Shown here piece after piece: positions 11,150-22,700 of a stretch of 33,097 nt of DNA. Each line of letters starts with the position of its first letter. Position 1 is the first letter of the stretch. Both the position numbers and the translations under genes were made by a program. The notes beneath the pieces were generated by a model. That model was not told the DNA's origin. It saw only the letters and a list, made by a program, of their open reading frames with translations, and searched no databases. This stretch comes from Hyphochytrium catenoides (lineage: Eukaryota; Protista; Hyphochytriomycota): NCBI GenBank assembly GCA_900088475.1, contig FLMG01002157.1, positions 1 to 33,097 on the forward strand, in the 5' to 3' direction.

Positions 11150-13642
11150 ATGAATCGGCTGTTTGGGAAGAAGAAGGAGGTTCAGACACCTCAAGGCCCG
11201 AGCCTCCAAGATATTGGGACGAAGCTTGATGGAAGAGTGACGAACCTAGAAGAGAAGGTCAGGCTTCTCTCCTTGTTCCTGCAATTCTTCTGCGTGTTGC
11301 TTATATGTGTCTTTAGATCGCGAAGTGCGAGCAGGAGCTGGCACAATATAAAGTTCAGCTGAAGACAAAGAAAGGCGCAGCAGCTAACTCTGTGAAGCAG
11401 CGAGCTCTGCAGGTCAAACGTCGTTCCACGATTCCTCTTCTCCGTGTTCGCCGACCCTCTGTCGTCCTATTGGGACTGGGGCGGATGTTGCTCTGGCTTG
11501 TCTGCTTCCTGTCTCGTTCGTCCATCTCTTCCTTCTGCTCTTTCTCTCTCCCCTTTCACTCCGCCTACCCTCTTCTCATCTTTGATGAGTTTTCTCTCTC
11601 TCTTCTCTTTCTCTTTCACTCCTTTTCCCCCGTACTCCCTTTGTCATTCTAACTCTCGATTTCTTCTGTGTCCCAATCTTTGCTGGGCCCGTTACCTTCT
11701 CTATTTCTCTCTCTCCACAGTCCTCTTCCGCTCTCCCACCTCCTTGCCTCTCTTTTTATCTCTCCCTTAAGTTCTTGTGCTATCGTGTATCCTCTAAATC
11801 TGTCTCTCTCACTCCTCTAATTCTGTCTCTCTCTCTGTCAGTGTCTGCTTTATGATGCCCAGCCTTGTTTTTCTGAAGAGCATCTCTTCTCTTGATTGGT
11901 CTGACACTTGGTATCGCAGACTCTAAAGAGGAAAAAGATGCTAGAACAACAGTTGGACCAGCTACGGGGCCAGTCATTTAATATTGAACAGGTGCGATGG
12001 CCCCGTTTTGCGCCAGCTTGGTCCCTTTATGGTCAAGTCGCCTGGCTCAATGATGAGTCTCTAGTCCCTTCCCCGTCTTCCCCCGGAATACCTTCGCTCC
12101 AGTGTTCTTTCTTTCTCTTCTTCCGTCCTTCTCTCTCTGTGCCTCTGTCTCTGTCTCTTCTCCCTCTCTCTCTCGCTCTCTCTTTCTCTCTCGCTTTCGT
12201 CTCTTCTTTCTCTCTCCGTTTCTCTCTTATTTCTCCCTTACCTCTTTCTATCTCTGCTCTCTTCTGAACTTGGTTTCTTCTCCTTCTCCTTTTGTACTGG
12301 TCCCCTTCTGTGTAACCTACCCTTTTGTCATAACTATGGTTATCATTTCATTGCTACTTTTATTCTCAACAATCGAGTGCGTCGACTGCTTTGGCCTCGC
12401 ACGCCAAAAGGATTTACTCTGTCTTATGTGACCGTGGCTAACGTTATGTCGTCTCCTAGACGTCATTTGCGCTGGAAGGCGCCAAGGGCACCATTGAGAC
12501 TGTGGCAGCAATGAAGCAGGGTGCCGCTACAATGAAGCAAGAGTATGCCAAGATTAACCTTGATGAGATTGAGGTCAGAAGAGAGAATGAATGCACCTGG
12601 TGGAGAGAAGGTTGGGGTAGGGCGACACGTTTGCACAATAGAGAAGAGACAGTAATCCTCACAGCAAGGATTGCAAAGGGTAGTTGGGAAGTGACATTGG
12701 CATTCAGAGAACGAAGGGTACCCGCAGAGAGGGAAAGAGAGAGACAGAGAGAGGGAGAGGGGGAGAGAGAGCTAATAGGCTCCAAAATAGCTCGGTGGAA
12801 AGTCGCCTATCTGACGCTCCCGCTTCGATAGGACACACAAGATATGCTTGAGGAGCTGATGGAGGATATGAACCAAATCCAAGATACATTAGGGAGATCC
12901 TACGGGTACGCATGTCAAGGGAATCCTGTCGTCTACTCGCATCTATAAGCCGCCTACTTAGACTCTTTGACCTGACCTCTCTGCTTGGTTTGCTTCTTTT
13001 GAGTCCCAGGTAGATTGACTACATCCTACTCGCTGGGCCTTACATGTCTCGCTTCTTGCCAGATTGTACTTTATTTTTCTTCCTTTCATATTGTGCAGTC
13101 CGTCGCAATCGACTTGCATCACACATACTCATATGCCTTTTTACCCCTTATCGTTTGTATCTGCCTCCATGCCATTACCAGTATTGGTCAGGATATAGAT
13201 GAAGCAGAGCTTGATGCTGAGTTAGCTGCGCTGGAGGATGAATTAGAAGAGGAAGGAATAAGAGAGGGCGCAGCGCTTCCTTCATATCTGCAGCCCGTTG
13301 GTCCGTATATTTATCCCTTGTGCTCCATATTGGGTCTGTCCATCTTGTCATAGCCCGTATGATCATCTGTCTTTCCTGTGTTTCTCACGGCTGGAAGCGT
13401 GTTTATTTGAGTCCGTGCCATCTTCAAAGCTTAGTGTATTAGTATTGCTTTCTTGTTCCTCTGCCCTTACTATCTTCTCCGTCTACGCGCTCCTCTCTAA
13501 CAACCTGTTTTTTTATGTCATCGTCTTTCAAAAATACATAGCTGCACCACCTGCTGCCGCACAGCCAGCAACCGCCACTGCTAACAGAGGACGGACAGCT
13601 GTCGATGAGTTCGGCCTTCCACTCGCTCCAATAGCCAACTAG
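11150..13642 (+). CDS. VPS60: ESCRT-III-associated Snf7-family protein VPS60/CHMP5, ~227 aa, 7 exons
   Basis: Exons 11150-11257, 11317-11412, 11920-11991, 12460-12573, 12832-12905, 13182-13300, 13542-13642 total 684 nt in frame. Diagnostic sequences: MNRLFGKKK, KQRALQTLKRKKMLEQQ, QSFNIEQTSF, LGRSYG, DIDEAELDAELAAL, PSYL and terminal VDEFGLP. Confidence 0.95.
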
Positions 13643-14716
13643 AACTTCCCTCTACCACGTTCTCTTAATCCCTACTAGCGGGACCAGCTTTAGTCTCAAC
13701 ATCTTATTTTCTACGCGTCTCTTCACACTTCCTTCTCGTCCATTTCCTCCCTGTACAAAGCCATTTGCTTTCTCCGGTGGTGACCGCTGCCGCAATGTCT
13801 ATTCGCCTTACGACTACTTTCGATTCGCGTAGCCATTGTCAATCTAGCCTAACTTCAGATCATTTATTATTGTTCAACGGCAAAAGCGATAAGACTGTAG
13901 ACAATTTGGCCTACATACTCTGTATTGTCCTTACACTTCTTCTCCACAGCGGGCTTGCTGCCTATGGGACGGTCTCAACCTAGTTCATCCCCACTCCACG
14001 CTGACCAAGTGCGCCTCAGCAGTTCGGGTTCTAGAGCTTGTAGTTGTACCGGCGACCATAGAAAGCGTTTAATGCATCAAGAAAGGGATAGGATCTTGGC
14101 GACACAAGGGACAGGGAGACGAGCCTAGAGACAATACCAAGAGAAAGAAAGTTCGCTGTATTTCTACTCTCATTGAATCTATTTTTGCTGATGAACGTTG
14201 GTGATCCTACGCCAACAAGGTGCCGTTGAGTGACTCATCTGTCTTCTCTGATTCCACATCCTGCCCATCCAAGATTCGAGTCTTCAACTATCTCCTTTCG
14301 CGGTAGCTTAGTTACAGCTTACTTGTCGTTTGGATGTCACTGGGTCTTCTGCTCACTTCAATAGGCAGTCTTTCTTCTTTCTGCCTCTCTCTTTCTGCTT
14401 GTCCCTCTCTCTTTGCGTCACTTTCTCCGTGTGTGTCTCTCTCTCTCTTTGCTTTCTCGTTCTTCTCCATCCTAGTCCCTGTTTGATCTCATTTTGCACC
14501 ATAGGACTGGTCTCTTGGTTGGCTATTTCTGTCCTATCAGGCCTCGGTTTCCTACACCCTCCTTCCTCATCCTTGCCCCTGGGAGAGAAGAAGCCCTGAA
14601 ACTCCTTCAGATTCCTTTCCTACTTCTGTTGCTGTCGTCACCACCACAAATAGCCTGCTTTCTAGTTCTCTCTCTCTCATCCTGCTCTTCATCTTTCACT
14701 CTCTCTTCTTCTTTCG

Positions 14717-14816
14717 TCTCTCTCTCTCTCTCTCTCTCTCTCNNNNNNNNNNNNNNNNNNNNNNNNNNNNNGCTCTCTCTCTCTCTCTCTCGCTCTCTCT
14801 CGCTCTCTCTCTCTCT
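14717..14816 (+). repeat. (CT)n microsatellite interrupted by assembly gap 14743-14771
   Basis: Directly visible. Confidence 0.95.
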
Positions 14817-14819
14817 GCT

Positions 14820-15394
14820 TCTCAAGAGATGCCCGCTTCATTCTGTTTGAGGAATCTGCTGCTATCGTTGACCACGTGAAGACTACCATTGTGCCAACCC
14901 ACCCCAGTGCGCAAGCCATATCCATCTTAATATTCCCGTGAGGGCTCAACCGTCCGTCCCGCCTGGAGAAAGGAGGCGTTACAGCTCGATGGGTTGGTTT
15001 CAGAATACGTTCAGGAGTGAATGGTGTTGAAGCCTAATATGTTGCCTTTTACTTTCGCACCAGGCGGCGAAGGATTGAGGCTAACCAGTATTTCGTGTCA
15101 TCAGAACCAAGACATCCAAAACGCCAGTAAGGATAGGGATGATTTATTCTAAACCACACTTTAGCTATTATCCTTCCAGGCAACCAGTGAATAAAGAAGG
15201 CTTTGTTTCAAATAGTCTCATATAATCGGGTAATAGATGATGAGCCCTACCCTTTAAATGCCTCTCGTTGGGATTGTGCAATCTAAGAGACTTACCAAGG
15301 TAACCTTGACGGGTCGAAAGGGGCTTTAACTCGTTGAAAATAGGAAACTTGCTGATGGTGTGCAGGTTGGTCCCAAGAAGAGGAGAAGGAAGCT
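14820..15394 (-). other. Possible exons of an unidentified spliced minus-strand transcript
   Basis: Acceptor cttcacctccattag, a 99-nt exon 15394-15296 and donor GTAAGT. Then branch-like TGTAAC plus acceptor ctcctttctccag, with an exon starting at 14962. One frame is open across the junction (...DPSRLPW|RDGRLSPHGNIKMDMACALGWVGTMVVFTW). No homology recognised. Confidence 0.3.
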
Positions 15395-15556
15395 CTAATG
15401 GAGGTGAAGAAGTGAGCAGGAAAGGATCGACAAGTGAATGATGGGCAGAGACAGAGGAACCAGGGAGATAGAGATACATGGCGAGAGGAAGAGAGAGAGA
15501 TTTAGTGGGAGGAAAGAGAGAGAGAGAGAAGCGGGGAGAGTGAGTGAGTTGTGTGT

Positions 15557-15593
<37 letters not shown>

Positions 15594-16146
15594 AAGAAAG
15601 GAAGCACGGAGAGAACGAAGCAGAAGGAGGAGAAAGAAACAGAGGAAACGGGAACCACCATGAAGGGCATTGTCGAGGTGACAAAAGTAGCGCAGAGAAG
15701 CGGTAAGTCTAGGGATGAAGGAGACGGTGGAGATAGGATGCAGGATCAAAAGAATGCAAGGTGTTTCCCTCCGTTAGCTTTGCTTCTTTCCGCAACGGTT
15801 TGGGTCTAAAAGAATGGGCGAAGGAGAAGGCTACTACGGTGGAGGCGGGAGAATGGGACTGAGCTAGCTTAGAAGAGACGAGCTTTGTCCAAAGTCTGCG
15901 CCGGGGGAGCTCTTGATGCTGGCATTTTCAATCCTGAAAAGGTATCTCCTAGACAACAGCGGCGCCGACGCCTTATCATTATCCTCTGGCTAGTTCCTCC
16001 TTCATTCGTTTGAGGAGAGGGAAAGTTCAAGAATCATAGCACCATTATAGCACAAAGGTGGTAGTCTTCTCTACGACCCTTGACCCCTTGGATCAGCTCT
16101 AATTCGCCCTCGCTCCCAACTTGGCACTTCCTCCGGCCGCAGAACC

Positions 16147-16668
16147 ATGCTGAGCGTACTCAACCGAAGCAATAACACTGCCGGAACGAGCGTCACTAGT
16201 TCAAGTCTCCTGCACAAACAGGAAGACGCCTACGACGACTTTGTTAATCCTCCATTAACCTTCAACGCGAGAGAAGATGAGGTTATCATCATCCCTCCTG
16301 CCCTTCCGCCGGCAAAGACATCACTCTCCTCAACTGATTGCAACAGGAAAGGAGGTAGAAGGAAGCTGCCTTCTCTTTCTTCCACCACCGCGGCTAAGGC
16401 GGTAAATCAGACAGCACAGCTGATGAGAAAGGCGACTATAAAGAACCCCGTGACGGCCATTAAGGGGCTTTACAGAAAGAAAAATACAATGCTAACCGGG
16501 GAGGAAAGTGAAGAGAGCGAGGATAGAGAGCGAAGGTGGAATGCGCGATGGAGGAAGAAAGACACTGGGAACTCTTCAATGTACGTCCCTCCTCCTGTCC
16601 ACCGGTGGCACGCCTCAATCCCTACAACCTCTCCCTGTGGTGCTGCTGGGGCCGGTCCATGCGCCTAG
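16147..16668 (+). CDS. Hypothetical protein, 173-aa ORF convergent with cyclin C (may have a further spliced 3' exon)
   Basis: Uninterrupted non-microsatellite ORF. Its ATG context accATG has A at -3, like the confirmed genes here. Ser/Pro/Lys-rich and disordered-looking, with no recognisable domain. Possible donor GTACGT at 16581. Confidence 0.45.
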   Translation: MLSVLNRSNNTAGTSVTSSSLLHKQEDAYDDFVNPPLTFNAREDEVIIIPPALPPAKTSLSSTDCNRKGGRRKLPSLSSTTAAKAVNQTAQLMRKATIKNPVTAIKGLYRKKNTMLTGEESEESEDRERRWNARWRKKDTGNSSMYVPPPVHRWHASIPTTSPCGAAGAGPCA

Positions 16669-16888
16669 AGTCCATCTTACATGCGCTTTGCAAAAACGCA
16701 AAAGATGGACCTTCTCCAGGTGCCAAAAGGAGAGGACACCCGCGGGGTTGTCCGAGAATCTTGCAGAAGGATGGGGGCTCTGTTCCCGCCCATGGATGCA
16801 AAATCTTTCATCGTTTCTAGTCCCTCCCGAGGTATTATGGGACCGTCGTGTTACCGCTGAAGCTTCCAGCGACCATGCTCCTACGCGC

Positions 16889-18813
16889 CTAGAGCTTCTG
16901 TCCTCCTTCTCCCCCGGGCGGTGGTACTACCTCATTCAACTTCGATATGATTTTCTCGAAGTCATATTTGTGACCTTCAGCGGTCGCACGATAGAAGTCT
17001 AACATCCTCTGGACGACATTCAATACCTATAAGGATGCACGGAAAGAGGAAAGGAATGCGATCAGAGAAGGAGTAGGAAGCGAAATCGAGATTGGACAGA
17101 AGTGCTTCCGCTCTCCTCCCAAGAGTTTCTATCTGTTGCCCTAGATTGTCCTGATCGTCCTCTGATAATGATAAATGAGCAGAATGAGGGCACAGTACCT
17201 CTTTCTGGTTAACATTAAGCTTATTTATCCAGTCCGTGGGGTCTCTTTGAATGTATATGCATCCAAGATAAATAGCAGCCAAACTGATAATGTATGGAGG
17301 GTACAGCAGCACCACCTCTGTCTTGTACGAGTCATTCACGATGCCCCTAATTATATCAGTAAACAGTGAAGGGATGGAGAGGGGATAGAGGGAATTAGTT
17401 GAGGGCACATAGGAGGTACAACTTAAACACTAGGCAGGCTCACTCCTGCTTGAGACATAAAAAGAAAGCTTACCATGCCGTGGAAGTGCAAACATCTTCA
17501 AGGCCCATGTCCTGCAGGAACCTGAAGCACTCAGTTGGTCGGAGGCATGCCGTTAATAGGTCAATCATAATCAGTCCGCACTGAGGCTGTTACTCTGCCC
17601 GGCTTCGGAAAGTACCGCAAGAGCAAGAGAGCACAAGAAGGGCCCAGACGAGAAGGGGGATTTTAAGGCAAAGCAAACATATGTAGAACCAGAGTTACCC
17701 GGGAGGGTGAGAGATGAGAATGCCCCTGACGGAGGTACTGTTCGTTGGCTTACAAGGTCAGAGGCCTATAAGGATGATAAAGAACGAGGTCGAAGCGAAG
17801 CGCCTCAACCACGTAGAACTCGCACTCTAGAATCTCTTGATGGCGGAACTTCAAAACTCGATCTGTCTTATCTAAGGCAGGACGGAAAGGAGAGTGGGAA
17901 GTTAGAAACCTTCTCGTACTTGGCGCTCCATCCTTCAGCTGTTGGTCTTTTGCAGACTTTTCCTTTCGTAACACCTTCCTATCCTTCCCCTCCAGGGAAT
18001 AAGGTCATACAAAGTGACACTCGGCTTTGTTCCTCGTCGAGAAGCTTCTCCGCCGGACTCAATTGCTCCCATTACTAGTCCCCATTACTCCTCCCCAGCT
18101 GCGTCTCTTCTCATCGGCTGCGATACTTTCTCCTTAGGCTTTCTCTGTCTCCTTTCTCATCTGGACATGAGGTACCTGGTGTGCAGTACGAGATGTACTT
18201 GATCATATAGTCCACACGAACTTGGCACTCCTCAGTCTTTGCAGCTAAATAAAGAACAGTAGCCGCCACCAGGCGCGGGTCAAAATCTTGGAAGCACTTG
18301 CTGTGGAAACGAAAGTCGGAGAGGCAATTGGCACAAAGGGATTGGGGAGAACACGAGGACGGTGTGAGCCTTCATAGTCATCAGGCACTTAAGAAGATAG
18401 AGAGGGTGTTTAGCAAGCCGTGGCGACAGAGCATCAGATGAGCGTCAGCCTCAGTCGAGGGCTCACCTTAGGTAGAATCTCCTATAGAATATGATGGCAG
18501 ACGCTATGACCTGCTGTCTAAACTGTGCTTTCTTTCCTACTGTCTGAAGGACTGCTTAGGAAGAAGAGTCAGACCGTTCTAGATAGACGGCAATTCGGTC
18601 CTCCTCACATTGTATAATGTATTGGTGGACACCCTCGATCTCTTCTTCCGTCATATGCTGCAAGTCTTCCTTGTTCCCTTTCTTTATCCGTTCGAGCGTC
18701 ATCTTCGATGTCCAGTTCCTCCTTTGGAGACGGGCAGCCTAAGTCAAAAATATTCAGTGAGAAAGATAGCCCCCTACCTACCAATGGGTAGATTGCCAGA
18801 AGTTTGCAGCCAT
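16889..18813 (-). CDS. CCNC: Cyclin C (Mediator CDK8 module), ~268 aa, 8 exons
   Basis: Exons 18813-18782, 18721-18609, 18551-18467, 18300-18176, 17871-17754, 17521-17474, 17346-17199, 17026-16889 total 807 nt in frame. Cyclin C hallmarks: MAANFWQSTH, RQQVIASAIIFYRRFY, DPRLVAATVLYLAAKTEE, ILECEFYVVEALRFDLVLYHPYRPL, AWGIVNDSYKT, LLYPPYIISLA. Confidence 0.95.
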
Positions 18814-19173
18814 TCTGGCGATGCCTCGCTCCCAACGAACGGAGAGCGCTGGAGTGGAGCGAATCCTCCTTGCGCTTAATCCTTGGGTGGATGGCGCTAT
18901 GTAAACTCAGCCCGTCGCTCCAACCTCCTCATAGTCTTCGGCATGCGGCAGACATCAGCTGGTTGTACTGTCTCTAAGGCTCATCTTGACCTCTTCTGAT
19001 AGCAACGGACTTAGTGAAGCCTCCAGACGTTCTCCCTTCGGCCAGGGAGGCGGCTCTGTCGATCAGCAACGCCTTCGACAATAATGAAGCCGCTTGAAGC
19101 TTCAGACCTGGAGTATGAGAAGCCCAGGACACCCATAAACCATATTAATTACCCATAAATCCCATATCTTCTA

Positions 19174-19352
19174 TGATTGGAGAATAAAATCTGACTAGCC
19201 AATCAGAGTTCGTGAGGGCTCTAGGTATCTTGGGTAACTAGAAGCCCTAAAAACCCATTGTCAACGACTCGAAGCTTTCTGCAGATTAGAAAGTGGAGCT
19301 TCTGCCTCCTGCGAATCAGGCTGCTGATCGACACTTCTACAGCTTTTATTGG
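19174..19352. promoter_or_regulatory. Putative bidirectional promoter core between cyclin C and the TBC gene, with three CCAAT/ATTGG boxes
   Basis: ATTGG at ~19176, TAGCCAATCAGAG at 19196-19208, ATTGG at ~19348, AGGTATCT at 19223-19230. The genes are head-to-head with ATGs ~980 bp apart. Confidence 0.5.
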
Positions 19353-19794
19353 CCAGGCTCACTGAGAGGCAGAGTCCCACGGTGTTAGAAGGGCTTACAC
19401 CTGAAGTCTGGGCACTCTGTTTGTCGGCGTGTGTGCTAGATACGGCAGCGAAGGTTATGTTGTCAGGTCCAGAAAGGCCGGGGTTCTCCGATGATTACGG
19501 TCGATAAGGTCTCTGGAAGTACTGAAAATAACGTCAGACAGTGAGAGATTTCGAGACTCATCTCGCTACACTGTGGCTCATCGTTCCTAGAAGTCCCTCG
19601 GCCGCTACACTACTTGCACACCGGCCTTTTTGTCTTGATCTGTCTTTGCTGGCCTTAGGCGGTAACGCCTACGAAAACGGCGAGACCGTCCGCGGCCATC
19701 CCCAGAGTGAGGATGGGGTGCTCCGTTATGCGGCTAGAACATAGACTGAACGAGACATAGACAGATAAACAAGTCATTCCTCTTCCTCTAGAGG

Positions 19795-22700
19795 ATGCAG
19801 GCCCAGAGAGGTATGGAGGGCTACCTCTATACTCGAGGGGGCATTCTTCACGGCTGGAGACAGCGCTACTTCGTCCTTGAAGGTGGCCAACTACACTATT
19901 ATACGACCAAGGGTGGAGAGCTTAGAGGGACATTGGACCTACCTGGATGCAAGGTCAAAAGGATGCATAAGCTCGTGGTGGGCGGCCGGGAATATTGCTT
20001 TCAGCTTGCGACATCTGCTAGGTGCGTTCCCTGTCGTTAAGTGCTAACCAGCAACAAAGAACCTTGCTGTTCGCCCTCCATTCGAAGTGACGCCACATGA
20101 TGTGGCTTGCTGCGTTACCCTTTTAGACCGTGCTCTTGCTCCCCAGCCCCTCGTTGTTGGATCACTGCTTTCTTACTTTTAGGCCCGTTTGGCCCTCTCG
20201 TTAATGACTCCGCGCACCCCGTGACTGCTCCTCGTAGCGAGTGGGTCTCCGTCTTCGTCTATCTCTTTGCTTTGGTTGCTCTTCGTCTCTTGACTCCCTT
20301 CGCCCTATGTTTTCTGGTTCTGATAGGAGATGTGTGTCCTTCCATGCTTCCTCTCGCCCTCGGTTATGTATTTCCTCATGCGTATCCCTCTCCCTCCCTC
20401 GAAGGTACATGGTGGCTGCTACGGATACAGAGCAAGAGATGAAAAGCTGGATTGCTGCCATCGAAGCTGCAGGGCGTGTCTGGGTTCCTCCGGAGTCTAC
20501 AGATGGTGAGCAAGACAAGGGTAGACATCTAAACATGGGCAAGCTAATGCAATGGTGTACCAGACTTTCTATCCCCCAGTTCAGCGTTGGTGGCTTTGGC
20601 TGCTCGTACCCATGATGATGAAGTCTACTATCGGGATGTAAAGGTATTTTGAGGGGTCTATGAGGCAGCTATTGCATTAGCAATTACTAGCTTCTTAAGC
20701 TTGGTGTCTCTCCTGCATTTCAGAACTCCGCTCAGATGAACAGCGTTATAGAGAGCTTGTCAGAGATGAATCAGGAGGCCGTTGTGGCTGCGCCCAGCAG
20801 CAAAGTTAAGGTGTGGGCCAGTACGTTGTGGGCGCTCTTTAACAGTGAAAAGGAGACTTACAGCCTAGGCAGAGACTGCACTTGCCAAAATCTTCGACAT
20901 GAATAACGCTGTATCCGCCACGCTGCCTCTCCCTATTCTTTGCTAGTCTGTGATGGTCTTTCCCAAGTCTCAGCTTCGTATTTGACGATTTCTATAGTCC
21001 GTCCTCTCGTTCGCTGTAGATGCCTAACGCTTACTCTCGTCCGGGCTGCAGGTAGCTTCTGGACTTGTGCCGGGTAGTGTGCTGGTTGGGATAGGAGATG
21101 AGACATTGGGTGATCTCCCCTTCTCTCTCAAGATGAAGCGCCTTAACTCTGCTCAGTATCCATGTAAAGTACAGTTTGTTCAAGCCAAGACGAAGGAAGG
21201 GAAACTTAAGGTACAGGGACGACTCTGTGCTTAGCTGACGAAGAACAGAAAGTTGCCAGGCGAGAGATGCGATGATCAACCTCTTCATCCCGTTGGTCCC
21301 TTCAGCCGCTGGCGGCTTCCTTTCTCATACTTCGTAATGTCGTACTTCTCTTAGGTGCAGCCATATAGTGGTATTTATGGCCTTTGCCTCAAGTGGAGCG
21401 AGGCTCACGTTCGATTGAAAGGCGGCCAACTATTGTACAAGTTAGAGAAGCAGCCAGTAGTGATCAACTTGCAAGGTGCATAGAGTTCAGTGTAATGCTC
21501 TTCCTGCGCGTGTCTTTGCCCTACTCACATGAATATAAGTCGATAACGTTATCTGAACTCTGTTGGGCCGGCTGATGTCTCTCCTTCTGGATAATATATA
21601 TTCTGCCAGTCAAGGTTGATTGCATGGTCTCACTATAGCTGTGGCTATGCGCAAGGTCGGGAAAGCTTACTCGTACCAATTTATGACTCTGTGGCTGTGC
21701 AGGAAGCGTTGTAAAAGTGATACATCGCTATCTATCAGGGAGGGCCCACGCCTTCCTGGTGCAAGGAGAAGGGACACAGAATGCGATGTTCCAAGCCAGC
21801 TCAGCAGAGGAACTGCGGGGTTGGGTGGGTAAGCGTGCCCTCAACCTCTAGCCTTTGGTCTCCTGTTCTTTCTCCAGCGCGTGCGCCTTCAAGTTCTTCG
21901 CCCTAAGCTCCCCGTTAGTTCTTTATGGAAAACTGCTCTTGGTGCTCTAGAGTAACCGCGAAGACTTCTCTGCCTCTTCGTAGGCGCAATTGCACACGCA
22001 GTGGAGATAAGCAGCGGCTTCCTGACGGGGGTCGATCCTACGGCTCATTTGGGGCTGGGGCGCTGCTCCTCCTCAAAATTCGCAGAGTCTGACAGTGAAG
22101 GAGAAGGTGAAGGAGAGAGAGCACTCCGCGAGCTCAGAGCTGAGATGCAATCCTCTGCTGTCACTCCTTCGGCGCGGGTAGAAGACAATGAGGTTCATGC
22201 GATAGGTAAGATAGAGCTGTTAAGCCAACCCATATCAATGGAGAGAGGGAGGGGGTCTGAATAGTGTTCTAGCCGATTCATCAGGGCACGTTGCCCTATA
22301 TTGCTTGCAACTATTCTTCTCGATTACATCTCCTACTTCACGGACCTTCTCTGCCAACATATGTCTATGATCTTCAGTTCTTACGGTCGATGCTATCGGA
22401 TGGTTGCTTTACAAAGACAAAGTGGTGACTCTTTATCGTAAAATCGACCAGTAGGTTCTGCCTCTTCGCAACGAGATGGAAGGCCCTCAACCGATATGGA
22501 GAGAAAGAGGGCGTCTTCTCTACAGGGAGAGAGAAGTAGAAGAGGGTCTAGATCTGATAAGGCTTCTCCGTTTTCAACGTCAGGAGAGAGGAGAAGCGCC
22601 TCTCCTCCTGGGACGACAACAGCCGCCAGAAGAGTTTCTCTCCAGGCACCGGCGCTCACCACTGTCTCCTGCGCCGAGGCCATTCTCCAGTTGCAGGCAC

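Noticed and set aside
14250-14325. tRNA/rRNA-like fragment around the CTCGAATC motif on the minus strand
   Set aside because: No cloverleaf or acceptor stem could be built; the resemblance is superficial.
21020-21051. Candidate 32-nt TBC-gene exon MPNAYSRPGC
   Set aside because: It contains the CCTAAC branch point. Using acceptor 21051 instead gives the continuous PDZ-PH frame.
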